DNA of 64,000 bases from Yuukianura sp. NJ FZ-2021 (Eukaryota), in NCBI GenBank assembly GCA_046563655.1, contig CM102285.1, forward strand, positions 3,472,001-3,536,000, in the 5' to 3' direction. The notes under the pieces are model-generated. The model saw only the letters and a list, made by a program, of their open reading frames with translations. It was not told the DNA's origin and searched no databases. Every line of letters begins with the position of its first letter. Within the stretch, counting starts at the first letter, position 1. Positions 25,601 through 38,794 of the stretch are shown here, piece after piece. Made by a program: the position numbers and the translations under genes.

Positions 25601-26879
25601 GCTATATTTGTTAGAGCAATCCCAGGCTAGGACTCCTAGTGCAAGCCTCTTCAGATAAAAAAAAAACACTTATAGCTTAGGTTAAGTAGATTAATCTTAC
25701 TTCACGTACTACTACTTAAGGCGCAGCTAAGCGCATCGTAAACTTCAAGGTGAGGCACTTTCGCAACTCGGACAACTGCTGATTTAGTTAAAACAAGACA
25801 TATGCCATGCCTCCAGTTTTGACCAATCGGTAAGCTTCATTAGAAGGCTTGGTCTTTTTACCATAAAAAATTTCATTTAGCTTAAGTTACCTAACTAAAA
25901 ACCCGTTTATGGACGGATTGCGCATTCCCTTGTCCTACCACCTCCAGGAAAATTCGGAATCGTAATTTACTAGAAAGAAAAATTTCGCACGAATCATTCT
26001 GTGGCTTGGCATAGGAATTATTGACATGGACACCTCATGCCACCATGCCCATTAAAAATTAACGGTAAAAGGCCGCTGACGAATACTAAGGCGAAGAAGA
26101 TATTCTATGCTGAGTTCTCGTTATGATTTAAACTAATCGCTGCGGAAGTCTTTCAACAATTGCACGAAATAAGTTTTAAACTTTGCAACAACTCCGAAGG
26201 CCTCTACTTTACATTTCTGGAAATTCTGAACTACGTTTTACGTTTACCTTGAGCAAAAATTACCTCTAGGCACGGATTTAACTGGTTCCCTAATTTAGCT
26301 AAACTAGTTTTTACCAAACCAATTCTAACATGACACCATTTCTGGACAACTTCCAAGGTTTCTATTATTCTATTCTGGGGTGTTTTTGTTTCCAGTCTGT
26401 GAGTATGAGAAGCAATGAAAACCTATTTTCGCCCTTAGCATTTACCTATCGATTGTTGCGTAATCAAAATATTGGCAGCGACGTGGCCTATCTCTGGGCA
26501 GAGTAAATGATGATGAAATCTGGTTTGATCTGCATTACACAAGCGTGTAAAGTGAACAGGGGAAACATAAGATGACTTTACTTTGAACAGGAAACAAGAA
26601 TCAAGAATGATTATAAATTATGACGGGCATGGGTTTCGGTGTACGTGACTTGACACACGACTCGCTTTCTACATTCAATTGTACAGCTGTTCCATATTTC
26701 TGAATAACCTACGTTGAGTGCAATGAAAATAGCTTAATTGTTACATCGTAGGGTATGTCTTGTTTTAACAATCAAGAATTTGGTTTGTGTAATAAGCAAA
26801 AGCTTGAAGGTTTTCAAGGAATAAAATCATGAATAATTTAAAAGTTTAGAACTTACGCGGCGTGTCTGACGAGAGCCAT
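22653..26879 (-). CDS. Pepck: Phosphoenolpyruvate carboxykinase [GTP] with putative mitochondrial targeting leader (multi-exon)
   Basis: Motifs [74 protein letters not shown]. First exon MALVRHA at 26879-26857. The leader is Arg/Ser/Ala-rich and lacks acidic residues. Confidence 0.97.
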
Positions 26880-27255
26880 TTCTTGATTTCTGTGGTTTGT
26901 TAGATGAGAATTGACTGTAAAAATTAAATGATTTGTTCAATTAGTAATTGAAAGGAATATGTCAAATCTCAAAATTTAGAATGAAGTTTTGGGGATCCCA
27001 TAAAATTGGGATGTGCACTACCACTTGGGTTAGTGAAAGAGGACGAGTGAAGGTTTCGCTCCAATATTTATACCAAAATGCAAGAGCCAAATACCGTACG
27101 AGTTCCACCCCACTCCCAGGCGGCTACGGTATTTCACAACACTCAGGGGAGAGACTATTCCTGGGATAATACTTATGCACAGGATGTCTATTGTATATGG
27201 AGTGGATTAGATGCGTTTTCCTAAACTACCGTGGTTCAAATTCAAGCCCAGTAAG

Positions 27256-27722
27256 TAGGGATGCCCCGAATATTCGGTGGCCGAATAATTATTCGGCTAA
27301 TATTGGAAATTTTTAATATTCGGCGTATTCGGCCTCCGAGAAATCTGGCCGAATTATCTGGCCAGATATTAGGCCGAATAATTTTGCCTATTTACGCGTG
27401 AAATTTCACTGATTTTATCTGGAATAGGGCCTTAACAACCCTGTTTTTTATCCAGAAACGATGAAAAAGTATTAGCGGACTGAATTATGTCATGCTTAAA
27501 CAAATTATGCTTACATTGTTGTTGATACTCCTGTGAGTGTGAGCGTCTTCTACTCAAATTTCTGCTCAGAAGTGTCAGCATTTCTCTATTTTACCACCTT
27601 TCTACACCGTATTTTATTCGGCCGAATATTCGGCCTAATATTCGGCTTCGGCGAATATTTTTTTTGAAATTATTCGGCTATTCGGTATTCGGCCATTTCA
27701 ATATTCGGGGCATCCCTCCCTA
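27256..27722. mobile_element. hAT-type MITE
   Basis: TAGGGATGCCCCGAATATT...AATATTCGGGGCATCCCT(CCCT)A ends. 8-bp TSD ccagtaag (27248-27255, 27723-27730). Subterminal attcggc/gccgaat repeats. Confidence 0.9.
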
Positions 27723-30700
27723 CCAGTAAGGCCATTGCAAACTTTCTATAATCTCAAACTTTTGATAATTTAATTAAAAAATTTTAATTATGAACATAAT
27801 ATATTAATTAGAGCAGTAAATTTGTTACCCGTGTCAAAAAAATTTGAGCGCAACCGCTGAATTGCTTCACAAACACATTTGGAAGGATTTCGTCGTACAA
27901 TGTAACATATGTATTTTTTTTGAAAAATCTTTTTCAGGTGATGTTGTCCACTAAAAAGAAAAATGACTCAATTTTTGTGAAAAGGTGAGCACTAGGTCAG
28001 ACTACGTAGGTCAGACTACGTGGCAGTTTTAAGATACCATTTGCTAATTGATAATTAATTACGCTAAAAGCAATATACTGAGGCAGTATTTTCTATTAAA
28101 TCAAAAGGTGTCATGATGTAAAGAAAATACTTAGAATGGTATGTAATAGCAATTGATAGTAAAAACTAAAATCTTGAAACAAAACTTAAAAAGTTTAAAG
28201 TATGAACATTGGAAAAAATCGAAAAATAAATAATAACTGGAATACGGCCTGCCGGAAAATTGAAACACTACGGTATGGAAAACTTCTCGAATCTGAAGCT
28301 ACGACGCTATACGCTAAATGCTATTGCACTCAATTCAATTAATGTTTCATAAATACACGTCTAAGTTACGAGTTAAAGAATGTGCATTTTAATTCGACTC
28401 ATAATTTCATTCTGTGTTTTAATTCTTTACGGTGACAATTCCTCGTCTTCGTAAGAAATCTAGCTGAAACTAGAACCTACTACTTCTTTTTAGTAAGTAC
28501 AAGAGGAAACCAACATAATAAAACGCATAGACATAACTGTCAGTTTTCGTCCTTGGAAAATCTGAAATCTAACAAGTTGCTTCCACTTAGTTTTAAACAG
28601 GTTTAAAGTAGTAAGTGGTTTTGCAAACCTCAAATGAAAATTGGCAAGTGCTATGTTTGTGACAGGTTTCAAGAGTCGGCAGGTTCTGTCCTGCCCACAA
28701 ATTCAACCAATGGAAACTAAGCATCAGCAGTTACTGTTTTAGTGTCATCTCTCATGCCACCTTCTCTTGTTCTTGCACAAGCCAAAAAGTTTCAAACTTC
28801 CTATTAGTATAAAAGTTAGCTATAAAATTCTAAAGGTCATGGGGTCCTCACTACTCGTTAGATTTGACGTAAGTTTTTGAGTAACTTTCATCCAGCAACT
28901 GCAGTTACAAGCTCAAAGTCCATCAGTCATTTTCAGTATACTAATTATTTCTGGAAAGCGTCTCAAACTTTCCAACTTTTCGTATGACATGGAAAATTTC
29001 TCCTGACTTTGTAAACTGCAAAATTGGCTACGTGATTAGATTACTCTATAAGAGGACCAAGTTCAAATCAATTGCAAAATTTTTAAACTCGTGTATTAGA
29101 ACAATAAATTAATCTTGCTAAACGTTCGTCTCGCCCTATCATCTCTCTTTTGCAAATTCAAAACAAACTTTTGGAGGTGATGATGAAACGGATTAATCTT
29201 AGGGCTTAAGCCATTTTCATCATCTAGCAACAACATCACAAAAGTTTTCAAGTCACGGGACTTTTTTGATGTTGTTGCTCTGCTTCTTATAAATTTGGAT
29301 TTTGTAGTTATCCCTGCGTCCCCTACTTAGACCCTTTAGAGATTCTTAAAAACTAGGCGAATCTGGTTTTCAAAAAAATTTTGAAAGAAACTTTTCTAAA
29401 CTCACCATTCATTTGAAAGCGTCAGTCGATGAGTCACGTATGCGCTCTTTCTGGAATATTAGAAGTGGAACTTTGCCAAGATGCGACAAAGACGATCAAT
29501 GTGATGTCAAATTTTGAACTAATAAAACAATAGTTTATTTAGTATTGTGGAACTTGAAGATGTTCTTGGTAGAAGAACAATTACAACAATAAACTCCGGA
29601 GAACGAAAGAGGAGATGGTTTTATATGTTCTAAAAGCGTTTGTAAACAGGAAAAATACTTGCAACGCTTGGGGATGTGCCAAGTCTTTAATAAGCCTATA
29701 TTTTCCAAAAGTTAATTTCCTTAAATAACAGCTACAAATTCACCCGCTAACTAATACGCCGTTGAATCCAGAAATGACGCTAAACTATTAAGCAACTACT
29801 CTATTATGTCGACCGACTGTAAACATTTTAAGTAGTCTGAAGCAACCCCCGTGACGCTGACAGCAAATTGGACCATGCTCGACATGGACAGGAAGATCAC
29901 TCGAACTGGACTTTGTTGGTCAATCATTAGGTGAGAGCTGTAACACTTATGTCCAATACAAATTTACGCACTCAACAAGTCCGAGTCAAAGTACAAAGCT
30001 TTCTCTTTTTCGTCATCAAAGGACCTTGGACTTTTAGACATGAAATTCCAAAGGTCACCAGACAGCTTATGTTGTTTACAAAATCCAAATGACGTCTAAG
30101 TCCACTTTGGACACTGGAGTTTTCGGTATTCCAATTTTTAAAACAGGCCATGTGAAACTTGCCAAGTAACTCTGGGGTCAAAAAATTGACCTGTTCCGAT
30201 TGACTTGCATCTATCCAACAATCCAACTTCATTCGAATTTAAAAACTTATACGTATAAAGGAACAAAAAGTTTCGTAAAATTGTTTGTTGTTTGTGTTGT
30301 GTTGTACATTTCCCATAAATATTAATCCTTGACCTTGGTGCTCTAAAAAATACGAAAAGCAGTTGTAAACGAAGCAATTTTGATAAGTATAGGTACCATA
30401 TTCGACATCGCTATTTAATTGTATTGTTCAGCGAAAAGTAGGCACCAAAAACTCAAAAGTTTGTTTCAAAATTGTGGGGGGTGATGAATACCAAATTCAA
30501 AAAAATACTCTGCCCATTAAAAATTCTGCTAAACGTTTTTCGGTTTTTTTTGTCTCCATCTCCCGCCTGAAATCGCAAATTTTGAAAAAAAAATGCCATT
30601 GAAACTATTTGGGGCGTCTACACTTTTCGTTAAACAACAACAACACTGTATGTTATACCATAATGAATTTTTGGTAGAGTTTCTGTTTGGCTGAATTGTG

Positions 30701-31021
30701 GTTTTAGTATCTGAATAACGTTGTGTCCGGCAACGACGGCAGGAAAGAACCGGTTTTATTTTCTGATTTAAAATAGCATCATTGAAAGCATCATTGATCG
30801 GTATATCGGTATATTATAATTATGGTGGCTAACCAGACCGGCTAGGTTCATACCCGAGTTACAACAATGCACTTTAACATTACGTCTCATGGCTGAACCT
30901 TTAAGTTTGCAACAAACTTAAATCAAACGGGATATAAATCATATGTTTAGTGTTGAAACAATAATTCATATTTTTCTTTTGACAAATAATGCATATTTTT
31001 CTTTCTACAAATAATTTTAAT

Positions 31022-33295
31022 TTATCCTTTGACAACACGAGTCATCATTCGATAAGTTGCAAGAACTTGATTGCCGTCTTGGGTTGCTGCAATAAAAACG
31101 ATATACTTTTAAAATCACAATCATGAAGATGAGATGTTGGAAGTATACATTAAGTAAGTACCAACTTTTTTCCGCAAAGCTCGTTGAGCGAGAAAAACTC
31201 AACGGTGGAAGATGAGAAATAATATGAAGTTACACAGTGGTAATAACGTTTGTACTTACTTTATGAACACGTCATATTACGATGTTAAAAACTTTAGAGA
31301 ATTAAAAATACTTACGAAAAAATGGGTTAAGGTATCCAAACCAGTCCCAGCAAGAAGCTAGATTCATTAGGGTAGCTTGAATTTGTGGGAATAGAACAAT
31401 TATATTATTTCGTTCTGCTGCTTCCATGTATCCAGCCTTTGACGCATAAAGGTTCCCCACGTCACCTCTGCAAAAAATTCATAATTAGGAAATACAGTAA
31501 TACCTCTCATTTCGCAACACCTAGCTTTGCGAGTACAGGACTCCACCAGTTTTAGAAACTCGCTCTGATTGGCTCACTCCTCTATTCTCCTCCCACCGTT
31601 ACCGTAAAACTTCAGTTGGTGTGCAAGAAAGTTGTTTTGAGATTGAGATTGGACATACAGAGCAGAGGTGTTTACTTTTTTCCCTCCACTCATCGGAATT
31701 TCGGGGTAGAAGTGGAAGGAGAAAGAGTGGGAGGGTCAGTTTCTATAACTGGTGGAGTCCTGTACAATGTGGTCAGTAGTTTTGCCAGCTTCACTTGGAA
31801 CTTTACTGTAAACAGCGAAAGTTCTCACTCATAGCGAGGTGAGAACGAGTTGCGAAATGAGAGGTTTTACTGTAGTGATTAGTTTCTAAAGTAAGTTTTG
31901 GGTTATCCTTACTTGCTTTGCATACATCCGTGGAATGAAATATGAAATTTACATTGTTGCTCTCCACTCCGGCAAGCAGTTGGTACGTAAACGTAACCAT
32001 CGGTATCCATGCTAGATAAACTTGGATCGAATGAAAAAAATTCACCTTGATCGAAATCGAGTAAATTAGCCAAAATCCCATCTGTCTCCTCAGGTTCAAT
32101 TAATTCACCACCGTACAAATGATTCAAAATGTGATAAGCTCCTTTATATGTACAGTTGTTTAGGTAGCCATGACTAGCAGAGTTGGATCCACAAGGAGCT
32201 CCATAATTATATGTTGGCTGTTAAAGGAAGTATTTAATTCTTATTAATTAATAATTAAATTACTTATAAGTAATATAAATATATTTTGAAAATAAAAATA
32301 TTCATTAGCAAGTTTCCATTAATTTTCTACTTACAAATCCGTGCTGTGCTGCAATAGTAAACTCTGTTTTGACTTCAGAACCATAATGGACATACATTTC
32401 TTCAACGTTTGTGCCAGACGCTGTAGCCCGAAACAAAAAATTAGGGACGATTAGTTGTCTAATATATAAATATATATATATACACCGGTTGTTCATTAAG
32501 TAATTATATTATTGATATAAATATAATATTAATATATGTAAATATATTTTGTGAAATAAATATTAACAAATCTTACCTGGACGAACTGTTATATCTTCAG
32601 TCCCATGAAAAATGAAGACTTTATCACTCTGAACATTTGCTGTTGCATCAATTTTGCCTTTTGACGCTAAAGAATCCGCCTCTGAAATTAATTCTCCAAT
32701 TTTCACGAGGTGAGGAGATGTCATGCACTGTGTAGCAGCAAGAATGCCACCAACTCCGCAACAATAAGGCACTGTAATGGAATAGTTGTGATTGTTAGAA
32801 AGTACTATTACATTAGAAATTACAATTTGGTTTTTACAATAAATGTGACGGAAACGCTGTTTGCATTACGGCTATCATAATCAATAAGTATCGAAAACCC
32901 TCGATTACCGGTAATCGGTAATTGACGCTAATAACAAAAAGTCACCAGTAATGCACACCCTAGATGGATAATAAAAAATTAACCTCCAGCGACAATTCCG
33001 GCTCCAGAAACTTCAGATGAATGAGCAAAATGAAATATTGTGGCCATGGCCCCACCCGAAGATATTCCAGAAACAGTAACTGAACTAGCGTCCACATTGT
33101 AATGTTCTATTACAAAAAAAGTTTCAATAAATGTTTGGTCAACAATAAATTAATAACTTATATAAAAATTATAAATACAATTGAAAGATAAAATTAAAGT
33201 TATTTTCACTTGCCAAGCTTTGGTTGAGCTGCTAGACAAGATTTAGTCACAAGTCCAATAATTAAAATTGACGTAAACATGGTCAAACGAGCCAT
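31022..33295 (-). CDS. Secreted poly(3-hydroxybutyrate) depolymerase-like alpha/beta hydrolase (multi-exon)
   Basis: Signal peptide [22 protein letters not shown]. Motifs [13 protein letters not shown] (lipase box), [23 protein letters not shown] (Asp), AQHGF (His), [19 protein letters not shown] (oxyanion), [16 protein letters not shown]. Last exon 31086-31022 ([20 protein letters not shown]). Confidence 0.88.
31495..31872. mobile_element. Tc1/pogo-type MITE in an intron of the PHB depolymerase-like gene
   Basis: TIR cagtaatacctctcatttcgcaac / gttgcgaaatgagaggttttactg, with TA on both flanks. Confidence 0.88.
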
Positions 33296-34824
33296 TTTAG
33301 CTGTTACAGTCAAAATTAAGTTCAAAATAGCAAGTAATGACTTTAGATACAACTGAGAACTAAATTTCTAATTTTAAAAATTCTGCGATTCAAATGATTT
33401 TAATAGCCCGATATCTATACCCATTATCTTTAGAAGTGGTATTCACAATTAAGTGGAAATCCTATGAACAAAGGTACCACGTTTAAAATACCAAATAAAC
33501 AAAATAACAAAATACTCAATTCAGGACCAAAGATAAATTTTTTGGTGACGTGCTTAACGTTAGATAACAAAAAAAAATCCAACCTCTATTTTTCACTGGA
33601 TTTGTTATAAATTCAAATTAATATAAACTTTGGTTTATTAACTTATATTTATAATTTATCAAACATTCATGGTGGTTATTTTGCCTGATTAAATGTCCCG
33701 TACAACAATGATGTTAATCATGATATTCTGACAATGTTTCCAATTCCACCAAGACAATATTGTATTTTCTAGCGTTCTGAAACACAACCTACCGTTACCT
33801 TTCATACAGCAATACCGTTAAAACAATAGATAAAACATTTCTACAACAATTATCTATGTACAGGACTTGAAGATAATCTACGACGTAATTTCACCAGAGG
33901 TGACTTCAATATTTTATAAAAACACTTGAAACTTTTAAGCATTTATGAACCAAAAAGTTTTCAAATATTTACGTATATTGTATTTAACATTATAGGTAAC
34001 GTCGAACCAATAAATAATTATAACACTCCTGTTCTCCTCAAGAAATTAAAACCAAGCGGATATGCATGGCACGACGCCGCGTAAACTTTTAAGACGAAAC
34101 GGCGGGAAAATGGATCCACAGAAATTTAACTCTACAGTCAATGACAAACATACCATGGAACAAGTCAGTCGCGAGCAATATTTTTTGTTGTGTTGAGCGA
34201 CGTTAATCGGTTTGCGATTAATGTATGTAAACTTTTTATAGTACATATTATATATGTATATGTACTACTATATATTTTTCTAATAGTTGAATTTTATTGC
34301 CTAAATGCATAATTGAGAATACAAGAAATTGACGACATCTCCGTAATTGAATTTATTCGCAGCGAACAAAGAAACGTCTAATCCACGGAATCGCGTATAA
34401 TGCAAAGGGTGGGTTACTTTAGTGAGTAGTCGGGCTTGACTGTAGTAAAAAAAAACGAAAACAGAGAAGGAAGAGACAGACAAAAGAAATCCTCCGAGGA
34501 AACACTTCACACTTCACACACAAGAACAAATTGTTGAAAAGATTCATTTCGGTGGTTCGTAATTAAATAGCAATTACTTGTAATTATTAAACGTATTTGG
34601 TATGACAGTTAACTCCTTCTGATCCGCACTTTTCGCTTTCGGATTCAGCTGACTTCTTTTGCAAGGTGAGTCATGGAAAAGCCGTCCTGCTTCCGGCATT
34701 TAACGTCCAAATAATAGAGCACTTTGTATCTCTATATGTTCATAATCCTCTACTCTCACCGGAATCATCTTCTTGACAGGATTTTACTTTTGGTCAACTG
34801 TTAAAACACAAAACCGAATGTGAG

Positions 34825-37800
34825 ATGAGCAAGCAACTGAAGGTAAAATAAGCACGATGAAGGCCCGTTTTAGAATTGGAGGAACTACAAGTATTCTGTG
34901 AATATGCGTAGGGTGGTAGGGCCCTGCGCTGATTAACTTTCGATTGAGTATTAATGTTGTTTGTTGTTGTTTTTTAGCAAAAAGATATTGCTTCGTTCTT
35001 CAACACTGGTCCTACCTCGTCTACGAGAAAGGGCACAGTTGCCCCCTCAGCGGCAGCATCAACCTCGGTAGGTACCAGTAATAAGACCACTGATAAGTCA
35101 AAACCAGAGACATCGCGGAAGGCCTTGGATAAAAATGGAAACAAAAAAGAAGATGTTAAGAAAACACCACAGAAAGTCAAAACAGCAGCCGCTGATGAAC
35201 GGAAGACCTCGGGCGCAAGTTCCGCCAAAAAATCTGACGCAAAGCCTCCGTCGAAACGGTCTCGTGCTGAAGTAGCCGACGCAGACACCAGTAGTGATTT
35301 CAAATCGCCTGCTAAAAAAGCTCCGAAAGTTGATGACAAGGACAAGACTGTACATGTACAGACTCCGGAAGAAAAGAAAAAGGCACAAGCCTCTAGTTAT
35401 TTCAAGTACCTATCTCGAAGTGGTCCTAAGCATTTAGGTTCCAAAACTGTACCAGTTGGTGCTCCAAAATGCCTCGAAAACCTCACTTTTGTGACTACTG
35501 GAGTCTTGGATTCGTTTGAGCGGGATGACATTGTTTCAATTGTACAAAAATATGGCGGAAGAGTGACCACTGCCGTTAGCGGGAAGACTTCATACCTTCT
35601 GGTGGGCGATGAGCCTGGAGATTCTAAAATCAACAAGGTAAGTTCATATTGTTTTTGCAATAATTTTTTCCTTATGCTAAGGTTTTGCATTTGCATCTCT
35701 TTTATGTTTCAGGCAAATTCACTGAAAATTCCGAAATTGACGGAGGATGAATTTTTGGAACTTATTCGGAAATCAAATCCAAATCAACCAAGTTCCTCGC
35801 AGTCCCAATTCTTCGGTGAAACCGCCGATGACGAAGACGATGACGTTGTAGTTGAAACTTCTGTATCCAAAAAATCAGAGCCTTTGTCCTCCGGTTCAGT
35901 CACGCCAAAACGCGGTTCATCAAAGAAACCCTCGCGTGCCGTTGAGCCACATCCTCTAACGTTTGATAGTTCTGACGATGACTGTGTTGAAGTTCCGGTT
36001 GTCAAAAGCGCCAATGCATCGAAAGCGAGCAAGCGACACAGGGACACCGAGAACCGTGAAGAAGCAAGAAAAGCTAGGGATATAGATGCTGAACCTCCGT
36101 CCAAGGCTGCCAAGGAGGAAAAATCGCCTGAGAAGCCACCAACTTCATCAAATCCAAAGCGTAAAAGCTGGACGGATGACAAGACCCCTTCTCCTAACCG
36201 AAAAAATAGGGAGGACGTGAAGAAGAAAGTAGAAAGAGCAAATTTGACCCGAGCGCAAGGTTGGCCAGTAACGGAGGCATCAACGGAAGCAAAAACAACT
36301 TCCACAACCTCTGTTTCATCTTCATCTTCTTCATCTTCATCTTCTGTCCGACCTTCCCATGTGATGTGGGTGGATAAATACAAACCTGCTCTTTTGAAAA
36401 ATGTTGTTGGACAGCAAGGAGATAAAGGAAATGCCCAGAAACTTCTGAGATGGCTCAAAGCTTGGTTCGCTCTTCATGGAAAAGCAGATGAGAAGGTGAA
36501 ACCAGCTTACTTTGGCGCAAAGGATCCAGATGGAAAGACATTCAAAGCAGTTCTGCTCAGCGGCCCACCAGGAATTGGAAAAACGACTACTGCTCACCTT
36601 TGTTGTAAGGAATTGGGATATGATTACTTTGAGCTCAATGCCTCGGACACACGAAACAAAAAAGGACTACATGATATCCTTGCGGATTCTCTCACATCGG
36701 AAGCACTGACTGGATTTAAGGAAAAATCAAGTAAGTATATTTTTGTAAATAAAGGTGGAACTTCGCAATTTCGTTTAAAACTTCCGTGGCTAATGCTAAA
36801 CCTCTGTTCATCTCTGTTAGGGCGTCATGTTTTGATCATGGATGAAGTTGACGGAATGTCAGGAAACGAAGATCGAGGTGGGATCCAGGAACTCATTGGG
36901 CTCATCAAAACTTCTAGAGTTCCCATCATTTGCATTTGCAACGATCGAATGCATCCAAAGATTCGGTCATTGGCTAACTACTGTTTCGATTTACGGTAAA
37001 TTCACAAATTCGTCACAAAGCAAAACATGATTTAATGGAAATACTCATGTTCAATTGCGTATTTCATGGACGCGGTTAAACTTATATCTGTCACTGTCTA
37101 TCTTTTTTGTTTTGGATTTCAAATTTAGATTTAACAAGCCTACTAACGAACAACTGAAGGCAATGGTTCAGTCTCTTTGCTTCAAGGAAAAAATGAAGCT
37201 TCCGGTGGATTTGGTTCAACAGCTGATTACAAGCTCCGACCATGACGTTCGTCAAATATTACATCAACTCCAATTGATCAAAGAGTCCTCTACTCCATGT
37301 GACTCTCTGTACAATCCACATAAGGATTTACGATTTGGACCGTGGGATGTCTGTCGCAAAGTGTTTTCTGAATCCGAACACCGTGGAATGTCCTTCCAGG
37401 ACAAATCTAGCCTCTTCTTTCATGACTACAGTATTGGTCCACTCTTTGTGCAAGAAAATTATCCAAAGTGGCAACCGACTAAAGCCAGGTAATCAGAGCA
37501 TCGTTCTGCGCTGCTTTTTACATAGTTTAAAACCAGTTTATGTAACTTCAGTATATGTGTTTTTCAGGAACGACAAATACTTGCATATGGACAAACTCAG
37601 AGACACAGCAGGATCCATCGCAACTGGAGACTTGGTGGACACCATAATTCGGCGCTCGAATAATTGGTCGCTTCTTCCAACACAAAGCGTTTTCTCCAGC
37701 GTTTTACCTGGAGAGTACATGGAGGGAAACGAAGTGAGTGGAATTGCTTTTCCTTCTTGGTTGGGCCAGAATTCCCATCGAGGAAAAACGGCTCGCCTTC

Positions 37801-38441
37801 TCCAGCAACTTCACAACCACATGCATCTCCAAGTTTCTGGAAGCTTTGAAGCTCTTAACATGGACTACTTGCCATTCTTATATCGTTTTATTCTCAATCC
37901 ACTGGTTCACGATGAAATTGAAGAATCTGTACAGGTCATGCACGTAAGAACGTATACACTACACTACTACACTACTGAGAAATAAAAATTCAATCTCAAA
38001 TCGAACTCTAGCGTTTGAAACTTTTCGCAGCATTACAGTCTCGTCCGCGAGGATTTGGACAACATTACAGAAGTTGCTATTTGGCCAGGAATGAAAAACC
38101 ACTTGGAGGGCGTGCCCTCGAAAACCAAAGCAGCATTTACCCGACGTGTCAATAAGGAGGGGTTGGTGCCCTACTCTGTTGTAAAGATTACCAAGAAGAA
38201 GGGACAAACGACAGAAGAAGATTTGGAAGGTTATGATGAAGAAGCAGAAGAGGAAGAAGAAGACGAGCAGGAAGATGACGTGGTGGAAAAGGATGCCATG
38301 ATTAAGATCCGATCTTCAAGCAAAACAAGCTCTTCAAAAAGTAGCAAAGATGCTGGAAGTTCAAAGGAGACTTCTCGCAACTCTTCTTCCAAGTCCAACA
38401 AGAGCAGTGGCAGCACCAGTCGATCCACCAAGAAAAAGTAA
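34825..38441 (+). CDS. RFC1: Replication factor C subunit 1 (multi-exon)
   Basis: N-terminal KDIASFF, BRCT domain (LTFVTTGVLDSFERDD...GGRVTTAVSGKTSYLLVG), WVDKYKP, Walker A GPPGIGKTT, Walker B LIMDEVD, PIICICND, FPSWLGQNS, KTKAAFTR. Confidence 0.97.
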
Positions 38442-38794
38442 CTGATTCACTAGACTCAAACCTCATCAAAGAGGCATTTCATATCCTCAACCTCACTACC
38501 TAACTTACTGGTTAATTAATACTAACATTCATTTAAAACTTTCGAAAATTTGTTAAAATTGATTTAAATTCTTCTTGTTTCTGCTTCTGTTACACGAAGT
38601 AACGTTATGTTTTGATCCGCTTCCCGGCTGATAATTTACTTTCAAAGTACCAAACCTGTGCAGCGTAGAACAGCTGAACTAGGAAATAAAAGGTAAGCGT
38701 TTTCCAAAAACTTAAGATAGTTGATCCAAAAACATTTGCCAAGCATCAAATGAATTGATTTACAGTTTTTGCTGTTATTTCCGTTTATGGTAGA

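Noticed and set aside
27730-31000. Short ORFs in the PEPCK to PHB-depolymerase interval
   Set aside because: No recognisable motifs or consistent exon chain, so treated as intergenic or 5' regulatory sequence.
35784-36458. 224-aa minus-strand ORF and similar antisense ORFs over PEPCK, the IR, F-box and TPS genes
   Set aside because: Shadow frames of well-supported genes on the opposite strand.
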